Assembly: GCA_965645245.1 (NCBI GenBank)
Contig: OZ287073.1
Span: 1,550,001-1,614,000 of the forward strand
Source: Massalongia carnosa
Lineage: Eukaryota
Length of the DNA: 64,000 nucleotides
Direction of reading: 5' to 3'
A program made the translations under genes and the position numbers. Positions 1 to 11,842 of this stretch are shown here, piece by piece. Positions within the stretch are counted from its first letter, which is position 1. Every line of letters begins with the position of its first letter. Below the pieces are notes generated by a model, which worked only from the letters and a program-made list of their open reading frames with translations, was not told the DNA's origin and made no database searches.

Positions 1-57
1 CTAAGGTACACTTACAATGTCCGCAACCTTGAATTTATGAGCTGGAGCTCCTGTCAT
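1..57 (-). CDS. SAH1: Adenosylhomocysteinase, first exon (16..57) plus start of intron 1; gene continues beyond the left edge
   Basis: Reverse strand 57..16 reads MTGAPAHKFKVADI followed by a GTAAGT donor. This matches the conserved fungal SAHH N-terminus (APAHKFKVADI). Not in the ORF track. Confidence 0.85.
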   Translation of the reverse strand: MTGAPAHKFKVADIVSVP

Positions 58-261
58 TTTCACAGATACTTTTGGGGAGATTTGTGAAGAGAGTAGAGAA
101 CAACGAGTTGAATGGTTGATTGGACTTTATTCGGAGGTCTGTTACAATGCTTGGTGGAATTTTAGAACCTGAGACTGTAAAATAAGTCGCAGACAGAGAA
201 AAGGCCGGCGCAAGGATTTGAGTGTGGAAGTCAATTCCCAGTTAGGATTAGCTAAAGCAGA

Positions 262-2752
262 AACTGGGCAACGGGACAACGGGACACGCGGTGCGAAAAA
301 TAGTTGACACACCAAAAATATAAAATAATTATGATAGGCTACATCGTTAAGTAATTGAATTTGAACACATAACTCTATTACTCTATCAAGTCTGTTTTAC
401 TGGTTCATCTGTTGTTGATTTTCTATATTATGTTGAAGCTTTGATAGTTGTGTAGTTTTATGCGTACTGACGAGTTTCAACTTTTTTTCGCACCGCGTGC
501 GGGACAACGGGACAAACTGGGCAACGGGACTAAGTAATTCCGAAATCATTACTTTTTGTCCACTTTAGATGATGAAGCCATACATTTTACATACAAATTC
601 AGCTTCAAATATCATAGTAGATCATATTCATCATTTTAAAACGTTATAATCATGGGTGTTGCTAACAAATCACCTCCCACAAGACGTTCACCCCTTCATG
701 TTTTCACCCCATCTCCACCTATCAACAACGATTGTAATCAGCCTTTTTGGCCTGGAAACAGGCCGATGGAGCTCTTTTCATTACGAAGGCAGCATCTCGA
801 TATGCTGTTTCAAAGTCTACCCTTCATGCCCACATTCAGGGCCGTCAACCACGATTTAAATCTGATCAGTTTAAACAACTGCTGACACCCGAGGAGGAAG
901 ACGCTTTGAAGAACTGGGCTTTACAACTGTACGCTTGGGGCTGGCCTGCTAAAATCGCTCAGTTACGTCAGATGGCCGTAGAATTACTGCGAGCAAGGGG
1001 GAATCATACTGTGCTGGGAGTCAATTGGCAACAGTATTTCTTACATCGTCATCCCGATTTGCAGGCTGAATACAGTCGCACACTTGATCAAGAACGATTA
1101 TTCGCGGAGAATGAAGAGATATTTCAGCACTGGTTTGAGCTTTTTCTCTCTACCAAAGAAAAGCACGAAATTCATGATAAAGACATCTACAATATGGACG
1201 AAAAGGAATTCATGATGGGGGTAGCTGGCAGTGCTAAAGTAGTAATTTCTAAGCACGAAAAGCAGGCCTTTTCATTCAGCACAGTCAGATAAGCGAGAAT
1301 GAGTGTCATTGATCGAGTCCATTTGTACTACCGGTCGAAGTTTACCTCTTTTCGTCATCTTCAACGGAGTCAACAAGCAAAAGGCCTGATACGATATTCT
1401 GAAAGACATTTACAGTGAAATCGCTACCAGCAAAACGAATGAACAGACAATGAACTAGGTCTTGATTGATTGAAGAAGTGTTTTGAACCTGCTACTGCAA
1501 ATTATCTACACGGTGAATATCGACTTCTTATAGTAGATGGTCATGCTTCTCATATTTCTACCGAATTCATCAAGTTTTGCAACGAAAAGAAAATAATTCT
1601 TTTGTGTCTACCTCCACATACTACTCATATGTTACAACCTCTAGACGTGAGTGTTTTTGGGCCCTTATCACGTGAGTACAAAAAACAATTGAAGGTCGTC
1701 ACTCGATTCAACGTCTGTTCAGTCGATAAGGTGGATTTTCTGAAGATCGTTCAAAAAGCAAGTAAAGAAGCAATCAACACAAAAAACGTGCTCACTGCAT
1801 GGAGAGCAATCGGATTAGTATAATACAATCCGTCATCAGTTCTTCAAAAACTCACTAATAAACAATCGGTGTTGCAAAAGACTAATAGCATCATCACCAC
1901 TATCACCACGACGAATATCACTTCGTCCTCCCGTTCTAACACTCCGACAACTCTTCAAAATTCTCACGAGGTTATCGTTGAAATTGAAAAGACACCTGCA
2001 AATATCGATCAAATAAAGCAACTGATTCGTCGAATTCGGAATGATGAAGAATCAGGCTCGACCCCCGTCCGAGCTTTAAATAAATTGATAAAAGGGGCTA
2101 AATACGCCTTTGCAGACTCCACCTTGCTACGTATCACCAACACCGAGCTTCTTCAGGCCAATGTACGACGGCATCATCGAGCCAATCGTAGCGGGGCTCA
2201 CTATGAAGGAATGGCTCGAGTCCTAAGCCTTGAAGACGTTCAACAAAGACAGCAATAGGCCAAAGATAAACAGAAGGTGAAGGACGACAAAAAGAAGGCC
2301 GCTCAGCTAAAACGGGCCGAGCAGGACCTTATCAAAACTTTCAGAGAAATGTGTCGATTTGAACCTGATTTACTAGGACAAACGTGTACTGCATCTCCGA
2401 CGAAAAGTCCTCAGAAAGCACCTGATATTTCACAAAGTAGGCCCATTTGTTCTTCGAAAAGACGATTACTACCCCCTCCCATGCTTCAACCAATGACAGA
2501 AGAGGTGGAAAGAGCGAAGAGGATAGGGTAGGGGTGGAGGTGGAGGTGGTGGAGGAGGTGAAGAAGGTTCAAACTACCAGACGGGGTCGTATTGTACGTC
2601 AACCACGTAAAATGTGATTAATTTGCATGCAGACAAAATATCAATTTCACGTCTAATAGACATTGAAGCCGAATTTTCATGTAAAACGGGTGAGAGGTAG
2701 GCTTTAGAAATTAAGAGAAATTTAGTTAGTCCCGTTGCCCAGTGAGTTACGT
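262..2752 (+). mobile_element. Degenerate pogo/Fot1-family DNA transposon
   Basis: HTH/CENP-B region (747..1292), IYNMDE, LLIVDGHASH and LPPHTTHMLQPLDV motifs, with several stops and frameshifts. The right end reads TAGTCCCGTTGCCCAGTGAGTTACGT|TA (to 2752), and its inner part is inverted at 516-533 and partly at 263-277. Left boundary approximate. Confidence 0.9.
285..499. mobile_element. 215-bp MITE with 23-bp TIRs and 5-bp TSD, inserted in the pogo left terminal repeats
   Basis: CACGCGGTGCGAAAAATAGTTGA (285-307) vs TCAACTTTTTTTCGCACCGCGTG (477-499), one mismatch. CGGGA at 280-284 and 500-504. AT-rich non-coding interior. Confidence 0.85.
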
Positions 2753-3119
2753 TAGAGTAACTAGCGTTTCCTGTTGTGCTTTGTAGGTAGTCTGCAGAAA
2801 CATCAAGATATCCTAGATCTTTGCGAGTCACCGTATATAGACTAAGCCCGATTTTCTTGACATGATCGGAGGTATTAAGCTATTTGACGCTATCGAGTCC
2901 ATGCAGCGTAAAGGATTACTGCCGCCGGTACGGAGTATAAAGTATGATACATCCACCGCTCCTGTAACTCTTAAATAATTCAAAGTGCCACGTCAACCAT
3001 TGCTCTCGAAGGCGAAGCGCTATGCTGCAAACAAGTTTACGTCTGCAGAGTCATACAATACCGCCAATCCCAACGCACCTTGAGCGCCCTATGCCGAGAT
3101 TGAAGAAAATCTGTGGGTA

Positions 3120-3897
3120 TCATTCCTTCCATTCCTCAAACCACCACCGCTCCACGTGGTCTCCCACTACGAATTTCTTCCGCTCTACCACCCATTCAGA
3201 GAACACGTTTCTAGTGGCTTTCATAGCCGCTTGATGCCCCTCACCCCGGCCTCCTAACTTGGCGTCCTCATACTTCCGCCAAATGCCTGAAAACGTCAGC
3301 TATCGCAGCAGGGCGGCTCGGTGGATCTCTGATCCTACAGGTGGCTAAATTTCTCCCGTGGGCGTCAGGCTCTCCAAACCAATACTTCAGCAGTCCGCCG
3401 CTTTCTGTGGCTTCGGCGTGTGCCCGTTCATCCATTTCGCCTAGAAGTAAGTAGTTCGTGCTGGGGGCTAAAGTGGATCGGAAGATGATAACATAGAATT
3501 CTTGATGCTCCCACGCAAACTCCTGGTCTTGCACGAGTTCCTTCAATGCATTGATCACCGTAGCCCAATTGAAGGCTTCGTTGTAAGGAGCAATGGCAAA
3601 ATCATGTCGTAATGATGACATGACGGTCAAGGCCTTTGCCATGAGTTGCTGGGGTCTGTCGACAGTCGTCAAGTCAAGGAGATGAGTAAGGGAAGTGTAT
3701 GGTGAAACGACGAGCAGTGAGTCTTCAGAGCAGTATAAATGCAAGTATTCATAGACTTCTTTGCTGCTAGGGATTGGATGGAGTGGGATCAGCTGGTCTG
3801 ATTTGGCGTCCAGAAGCGCAGAGCCGAAGGCGGTGCCATATGCTGTTTGTGGTGCTTGAAATGGCCATCCTAGCGTTCCCAGAAGTGGTTCCTGCAT
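3120..3897 (-). CDS. UPF0643-like conserved fungal protein (2 exons, start uncertain)
   Basis: Motifs FYVIIFRS, DERAHAEATESGGLLKYWFG, GRNLATC. After an intron near 3290-3340 it continues WRK...GGRGEGHQAAMKATRNVFSEWVVER to a TGA at 3120-3122. Confidence 0.75.
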
Positions 3898-4835
3898 CTT
3901 TTCGATGCTTCTGAAGCTCGTTTGCTTTCCCAGCGTAGAAGATTGTGCACCGAAAGGAGAATGTGACAAAGAGCGTTATGATAACCCTTACTCTTGATTT
4001 GGGGGGAGGGGTGGGCTCTCCGATGGCTGAGAAAAAGAAAAAAACCAATGACAAGGAATAGGACACCACGGGAAAGATGGACACGGTAGCACGGCGAGAA
4101 GAAAATTCAATAAATAGTCTAGAGGGAAGGCACAGGCCGACAGGAGAATTACATCGTGAAACGATTTGACAAAGAAAACCGGTACCGCACTGGCCAAGAG
4201 GTACATTGTGCAACATGAGGAGAGAATGGCGCAATATGGATTTCATGAGTGATTCCATCTTCGCGGTGAGCAATGAGACGTGGATTGCGCTTACATTAAG
4301 TTACAAGGACCGCGCATTCTTGCACAAAGTCAGAATCAGAAATTTACCGAATAGGCCAACTGGCGATTTGGGACAGCATCATCCACGGATAAATGCAACA
4401 TCGTATCACCTCACCTCACCTTGTCTTATGAGAGATTATAAACATATAATCTACAATATCATGTCCTCAATGACAAGTGAGCCGCTGCGAAGGTTGACGA
4501 TGTTAATGTGTATAATAAGACTGATGAACGAGAAAAGGGGTGTATGCAGAGTGACGGCTTAGTTTGGTGGCAATTCCAGTGTGCGGAGTACTACGGATGA
4601 TTACGGAGGATTACGGGTGGTTAGTTACTCTGTAGAGCACTGTCGTACATCAGCCTAGCCTCAAAAAGCATAGTTCTCACGTGACATTGCTTGAGACTTA
4701 TTCGGATCAATCGACCACTAATGTCTCGCCGCTTTTCACGTCGTCTCATCAACTCATCGCCGCTTCAACAGAAGGAACGACAGTCGTTCCGACAGATAAT
4801 AGCCTACTCAGCACGCAGATTATGAACTCGGTTTG

Positions 4836-7267
4836 ATGGAACCCTTATCACACCATTTCTCCACCCAACACCTTCACGATCCTCCCATCTTTCACGCCCA
4901 GTCCCATCACGCTCATCCGACTCTTGTATCTCAGTTAGGCCTTGATCCTACAGATCCTTTTGAGTTTAATGCGCACCTCGACCACAATGCCCACTTGCAG
5001 CATCTGCAGCAGCGCAACACCTTTGATCAGAGGCCTCCACCGTCGAGATTTCATGATGTTCGGGATCATGTGCCGTCGACGACGCAGCAAAACAATGGCT
5101 TTAATCGTGGAGGCCAATTCGGTATCCTGACGCCTCACCACCAAGTACCAAGTCAACCCCAAAGTCATCAGGAAGCGCTGGGTCGCTTGCAAAATGAGAT
5201 TGACCTACGGCCAGTCTCCGTCCAGGATGGTGGAACAACTGAAGGGCACTTAAGTAACTTGAAGTTGGCCCTAGATCCACCAGACCTAGAAGCCTGGAGA
5301 AAACGCCTGTTCGATGTGGATTCGATGATTACCTTGACCGAAGACGAGTATGACACCCGCATAGGCTAGGGCTGCGTACCAATGCTAAAATAAGTAATGT
5401 GGTAGATTTCAAACTTACTTTCCGCATGTAGATAACATCTACTCGCATCGCTCTACTCAGCGGTACAAGCGCAAGCCCTTCGTCTCGCATTATTGGGACT
5501 GCCGATTAAAAGGCCGGCCTCCGGGAACACCCAGATCGGACGATCCGAACAAGAAAAAGCGAAAACGGCAAGCTCGAGAGCGCGATCTTTGCGATGTCAA
5601 AATCAAAATTACAGAGTACTCCCCGGGAGCGCGTGCGTTGATGGGGGGGGATCTGGCCGGAGGTACCGTCGAGGCGTCAGCTAGTAACAACTTCTTTGCG
5701 CCTGGTCAACCGGGAGCGTTGATGCAAACCCAGCAGACATCGCGCACGTTTGGTTTGCTCGGCTCTGCCGATGGCAGTGGCTTATTGGACCCACCGGGTA
5801 GCGATGGGAGCAGATATTATACGATTCAACGGGTGAACGGGAATGGAGGCAACGGCAAAGGAGACGGTACGGCGGGCCCGCACAAACATACATTACAGGA
5901 AAGCGATCGAGTGAAGAAGAACAGTATCATCCGGCATTTCTCGCAGGTGGAGAAAGTGAAAAAGAAGTCCCAGGTGAGCGCCTTTTTCAGAGCGGCTTCA
6001 CTTTTCGGAGGGTTGGAGCGGGGTTCACAACCAGCAAGAGAAGCACTTAAGCGGCCATGCATGTCGTACACGTTGTTATCAGTATTTGAATTTCAAGTTA
6101 TCCCTTGATTTTACCATGCAACTTACTCTACTTCCTGCGACACCACTGAAGCGCATTAGACCTTCTCGACATCTTTCTTAGGTCTAGGACATTTCCGATA
6201 TCTGATTTAGTTCATTCCAATGTCTAACCGTCCCAATCTTGTCCAGAAAACCTACCACAAGAAAGCTACCGGCGCCGCTTTAAGCACAGCCAAAAAACGT
6301 TCTAAAGAGCATGAGCTTAAGCTGTTCGGGAGCTGTTTCTGGTACGTGCCTAATCTCGCTGGGCAGAACCAATGTCGAATGCCTGCTCATTCCCTTGACC
6401 TTGTGCAGCCCGTTTGTGCAGCGGGTATGGATATCGCTCGAAGTCAAGGGTATCAATTATCAATATGTGGAAGTCGATCCCTACAAAAAGCACGAATTGC
6501 TGCTTGAAGTGAACCCTCGCGGTCTCGTCCCCGCACTTCGACATGGGGACTGGGGATGTTATGAAAGTACCGTTTTGATGGAATACGTAAGGGGCCCTAA
6601 TCAAGTTCGGGAACAGTGCGCGCTAACCCCGCCAAACAAATAGCTGGAAGATTTAGGAACCGGAGCCCCACTTCTGCCATGCGGCGATCCGAAAGCTCGA
6701 GCGCATTCTCGTCTCTGGTCCGATCACGTAAGCTAAACTGGTCCATTTGGACGCTGCCCTAATCGGCTCAGTACTGCGCCGCTCCTGACGTCCACATTTA
6801 GATTAACCGCCACATTATTCCTGCCTTCTACCACCACCTCCAAGCCCAGGAGCCCGACAGGCAACTGGACCACGCCACTGAACTGCGCACCCAGATTGAA
6901 AAACTCATCGACGCCGCTGACGCTACAGGGCCCTTTTTCCTGGGCCCCGCTCTCTCCTTCGTCGACGTGCAGATTGCGCCCTGGATACTTCGCATGCGAC
7001 GCGTATTGGCGCCGTATCGCGGGTGGCCGGAGCCGGAAGAGGGGAGCCGGTGGGCAAGGTGGGTGGATGCGGTGGAGCGGCACGAGGCAGTTCGGGCGAC
7101 GACGAGTGGCGACGAGCTGTATCTGGATAGTTACGAGCGATATGCTGGTAAGTGTGGCCGTTTATTCCCGGTGGTGGTCGACGAGGGGATGCTAATCGAA
7201 GGTAGAAAACCGCCTAGAGACGAGTCAGCTTGCCAAAGCCGTGAATGAGGGGAGAGGCCTCCCTTAG
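4836..7267 (+). CDS. Putative WRKY/FAR1/AFT-like zinc-finger domain joined to an omega-like glutathione S-transferase (multi-exon)
   Basis: Exon 5406-5973 encodes SHYWDCRLKG...RERDLCDVKIKI...HKH. The spliced GST part has LFGSCFCPFVQR, VNPRGLVPAL, ESTVLMEY and LSFVDVQIAPW. GT-AG introns keep the frame; stop TAG at 7265-7267. Confidence 0.75.
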
Positions 7268-8171
7268 AGGAGGAAACGGTGTGTAAGTACGATGGTGAAG
7301 CAGTAAGCTCGGTGGATGAGGCCCCTCGGTCTGCTTTTTTTGGAGTTAAGGAGGAACCCTTGGATAAGCAGCAAGACTCTTGGATCTTCCATCTTCTTTT
7401 AGGGGATAGGCAGCTACCACTGAAGAACACGCTGCCTGAGGAGACGTACACATGTGCCGTATAACCTATCAGCCATCATGTTCGTTGAGACATCTCCCGC
7501 TAGAGCCGTTCCCGTTGCACAAAACGGTTCCCAACGATCCGTCCAACCCCCTTACCGATATCGCCCCTATTATTCCCCTTTCTCCTCTTCCTCCTCTTCA
7601 CGTCTTAACAAATCCTTAGATCCGATCCAATCCGATCCGATCAGAACGGTATAGTCGTCTACCCCTTCTTTTGCTATTCGGTTCAATTATTTTCAAATGG
7701 GAGGGAAGGGGGGAGGGGGGGAGGTTGGCGGCGTTTAAAAGTAGGAAGGAGAAAAAGGAAACTGCGGTATTGATGGACGAGGTAGGAGGTCAGTTAGGTA
7801 TTTCGGACTTGCGAAATTCGAGGTGGTTGGTTTGGTTGATTGATTAGTTGTTCGAATCATCCCCCTCCCCAACACGGATCTCACGTTCCGAATTATCGAC
7901 GTACGTCGACATTTCTACCTTTTCCATATATGCTACGGACGACGTTTATTATTTTACCTTCTTATAGATTCTTTGCACTTTTCTCACCTTGCGCCTTGCT
8001 CACTCACTACCTCGCTACCTTTGCTTGCTCGATTTCCTTCTCTACCTTGCTGGTCCTGTGTCGAAAGTAACGGAGTGATAATTTCTTTCAAAAATAAAAT
8101 AAAACACACGAACAACTCAGTCGACATCATTCTTCTTCTACAAACACCTCTGCCCGGCCGCCTAACAACAC

Positions 8172-8198
8172 GAGAAGAAGAAGAAGAAGAAGAAGAAT
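8172..8198 (+). repeat. (GAA)n microsatellite
   Basis: Direct reading of the gaa run. Confidence 0.9.
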
Positions 8199-9769
8199 GA
8201 TAATAATAATACCCAAATCCAAAAATAAAGTCCTTCAATTAAACCTCCCTCTCATCCAACAACAACGAACAAACAATCAAACCTCCGGTATCCCGTAACC
8301 ATCAAATCGCAGGCCCCCCACGTCCTTTTTATTTGCTTGGGTGAATTCCCTTTTCCGCAACATCTGTCCCGCGTTCAAAACACGCGCGAAGAGCGATTAG
8401 TCCCGGTGGAGTTTCGGTAAGGGTCGCGGAAAGGATGCGAGGCGTTGGGCTGTTTTTTTTTTTCTGGTCGGAGGTAGGTATGTATGTACATAGAGCAGTA
8501 GGGGGGAAGTTGGGGTTTCGTCAGCTGTGTGTTTTTGTGTGTGTGGGGGGGGGGGCGTGATCTGGTTTGCCTATGCAGCTATTCGCTAGCTTGTTGTTGT
8601 TGTTATTGTCGTCATCGTCGTCGTCGTCGTCATGAGTTGGACTGTATTTACGCCCCTTGGAGGTGATTCGACGAACCACTGGCGCGCTCTGGGTTTTGGC
8701 AAGGGAAAATGTTAACGGATTCCCCCTTTCTAGACTTCATCACCTAGTTCTGCAAATCCATTGCTTTGCTGCTAGGTTTCCGTTTTTCACTTTATCTAAC
8801 CTTTGGGTGATTTCATTGCATGAGGACTCATAGCGTGGTTTCGGGTTTGTTGTGCTCTAGAGTTTTTGTTTTGTTTGTTTGTTTGTTTGTTCTTCCTTCT
8901 TCTTCTCGGACTTAAACGGGCGAACAAAGAGGTGGATTCTTGTTGAATGGGCAAAGGATAGGGGTCGGAGACCGAAGAGTTAGGGAGGTAAGGAGGTTAT
9001 CAAATGACGAAAAGATTGGATGATATTATAACTTGTTTTACAAGGGGATGCTCCATGCGCTGAATGAGTCTTAGCTTTTCAAGTTAAGAATTGGATACTT
9101 CCAGTCAGTAAGCTAGATAAACAAGTAGCGACTTCCTTAACTTAGCAGGTGAAAAGACAGGCGAAGAAACGGAGAACTGATTATAGCGATGAGGAGGGAG
9201 GGGAGGGGAAATAGATAGAGGGGGGGGGGGGTGGAACTGAAAGGATGTATAAGAGATAATATATCCGATCCCCTAATCATGATAGACGCGGGCGGGTTAG
9301 AACACTGGGGGAAATGGCCTGAGGGAGAAAGGGAAGGAACGAAAGGAAAGAGATCTAGCTAGGCCAACCAGACAGAAGAGACAAACAAGTAAGACGAGCT
9401 GTTTGTACTATAACCCTCTAAAAAAATCGCGAGTATTGAACAGTAGCGAAATGGATAGGCTTGATACTATACGCGGAAGGGGGGGGGGGTAGGAAATGAA
9501 TGGCTTGACCATGGAAGGAAACTAGCTAGATTCTAAAGCTATGTCTTAATTACCCACATCTCTGCCGCTGTTCTTGGCTGCAGCAACTGCTTCAGAAACG
9601 TATGAAAGAGATGTGACTGAATGGTGTGAAGAGGGAATTTAGAGTTGAAAGTAGTAGGGAAAAGAGGGCTTTAGTCACGTAAGCTATTGAAATCATACGG
9701 ATTCATGACAACAGTTGAAGTTGCGAAAGAATAGATAGGCGTATACTTCGTACGCTTGTGTTCTAGAAA

Positions 9770-11488
9770 CTATGATATCGTTGTAGGGTCTGGTGCCTTT
9801 ATTCCAGTGCTAATTTCCTTATGAGTCGAGATAACTTCGTTCTCAGGTGGGGGCTTGAAGCCTTGGAAATACTATTTGTTCCTTTTAGACAACTCGCTGC
9901 CGAAGTAATTTCTGAATAAGAGAGAAGAAAAATTGACATACTCGTTTTCGGAAAGAGTTGAGGTCGTCAGCAGTGTTGCCTTTGGTCTTTTGGCTGGTGG
10001 CCGTTGGTGTATTTTCGTTAGGGATAACATCTGGAATAGTTTCGCTTCTTGGGAGAGGAGGGCTCGAAGTGAAGGTCTCGTCTGCGAGTCGGCGGTAAGT
10101 AAGAAGTCTTCTTGACCCTATGAACATGTGAGTCGTGTTAATAATACACTAGCAAGAACCAATCCTTTCAAAGACCAACTGACACTTGTTGAAAGGCTGC
10201 ACGCAGACGCTGACAAGCTCCAAGCCTGGGTGTGTAGGGATAGCCAAAACAACGTCCTCGTCATTGGCAGTGGGCATCCAAAACGACAGTCTGCCATCAT
10301 CCACTAGACGTGTTGTAGCAAAATCAAGAATATCGACGAGCATCGCTTCGAAGCTATACGGGCGCTTGGGAGGAACGTATCCATCATGTCTGTGGATATA
10401 AGTCCAAAAGAAAGATAGGTTTGTGATATTGGAATAGTTTTCTCACAAATGTGCCGCTTCTCCGTTAATCATGATAGCTTCCTTTCCATTTCCGTCTCGG
10501 CTTCCCAACACTCTCAAACCTTCTCGAACTCCATAGGGAGGATCACAGATGATACCATCCAAAAATCTCCTCTTTTGAAGAGGAGTATGCGTCATGTCTG
10601 ATACAAACCCGTCCACGTATTTATCCAAGAGCCCGTACTGCCGGAAATTTGTCCGGATATCCATACCCCCTTTCCCGCGCACCATACGGCTATCGATGTC
10701 GGAGCCCATCGTCACAGCCCCAAAATGAGAACAAGCAATGGGGAAGCTCCCTGTTCCGACAAAAGGATCATAAAATAATTTGCCTGGTGCAGCCAACGAG
10801 AGATTAGCGCTCAAAAGTGCCAACTCGGAATCCATAGAGGTAGTGCTGATATAATTTCGTCTTTTGAGACTATAATCATTGATCGCATGTCGCTGTGAAG
10901 CAGCGATCCATCTTCCAAAATAAATCCCTCTTGGGGGGTCGATGCCTAAATCTGAATCCTCAAAGATACGAAAGATTTGCTCAGGATCTTTCATTTTGAT
11001 GTGGCCTTGAAAGCCTAAGTAGTTACATGATTCGATAATCTCGGTTTGCTCCGAGACGGATCGTGTTCCTTGGTATGTGTCAAAGTCGAATCTAAATGAG
11101 CACTTCCTGTACTTTGACCACTGGGTGGAAGACTTTGTTTTGATGTCTTGATGAAGTTCGTCGTATGTCGTGCCACTGCCCCATAGTTCATAGATTCCCT
11201 TGCTTGATATACTTCGACTTATCAAAGCCCTTGCCGCGGCTTCGCTTTGAAGTCTGACAACACAGAAAGGGGACTATATTGCGTATCAGGAAAGGGAACT
11301 TTTTGCTATCATTGCTCCAAATAAAAAGGACTGAAGACAAAAAAGTCAAGCCACGCGAGCAAAGAGAAACCTACGCACTCGCTGTAAAAAAGAACCTCGA
11401 CCGACACATTTGCAAGAGCAGCCAAAGCATCAACCTCGGGTTTACGAAAACTCTCATGTATTTGAACGAATCTGATCAAGTATTCCAT
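9770..11488 (-). CDS. TRM11: tRNA (guanine-10-N2)-methyltransferase (multi-exon)
   Basis: MEYLIRFVQIHESFRKPE start, YISTTSMDSELAL, YDPFVGTGS, IICDPPYGVREG, GRLSFWMP and SRRLLTY motifs. Confidence 0.93.
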
Positions 11489-11766
11489 TTGGTTCGACGC
11501 GATGATGATCACTGGTACATTTAAGGATCTACCTATCTCTGTATACTCTGTAACGATAATAAAACCACAGAGTTTATGGCTTATGTTAAATACAGATGAT
11601 TCGTTTAAATACACCAACACTTAATTGGGTATTCTGTACTCTGCTGGTGGACACGGTGCATAACTTACCCGTTTCATACTGCGTAGTCGTATTGACTTAA
11701 ACTTGTTTATTTCGTCATACTGCAAAGCCTTATGTAGATACCCAAGGTTTCCCAAGTCTTGATCTT

Positions 11767-11842
11767 GGCGTGCAAGTTTGAGATGCTAAGCAACTGTGGC
11801 ATAGGCGTGCAAGTTTGAGATGCTAAGCAACTGTGGCATAGG
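11767..11842 (+). repeat. Two-copy 37-bp tandem duplication upstream of TRM11
   Basis: GGCGTGCAAGTTTGAGATGCTAAGCAACTGTGGCATA occurs twice in tandem. Confidence 0.9.

Noticed and set aside
262..530. Repeated CAACGGGA units resembling an array
   Set aside because: Subterminal repeats of the pogo end; no spacers, so not CRISPR-like.
1299..1469. TGA at conserved Trp positions suggesting an alternative genetic code
   Set aside because: Host genes use TGG for Trp and TGA as stop, and the TGAs co-occur with other G>A changes, so they are mutations.
7300..9700. Long intergenic region with homopolymer and short tandem tracts
   Set aside because: Low-complexity DNA typical of this genome; no structured RNA or gene evident.
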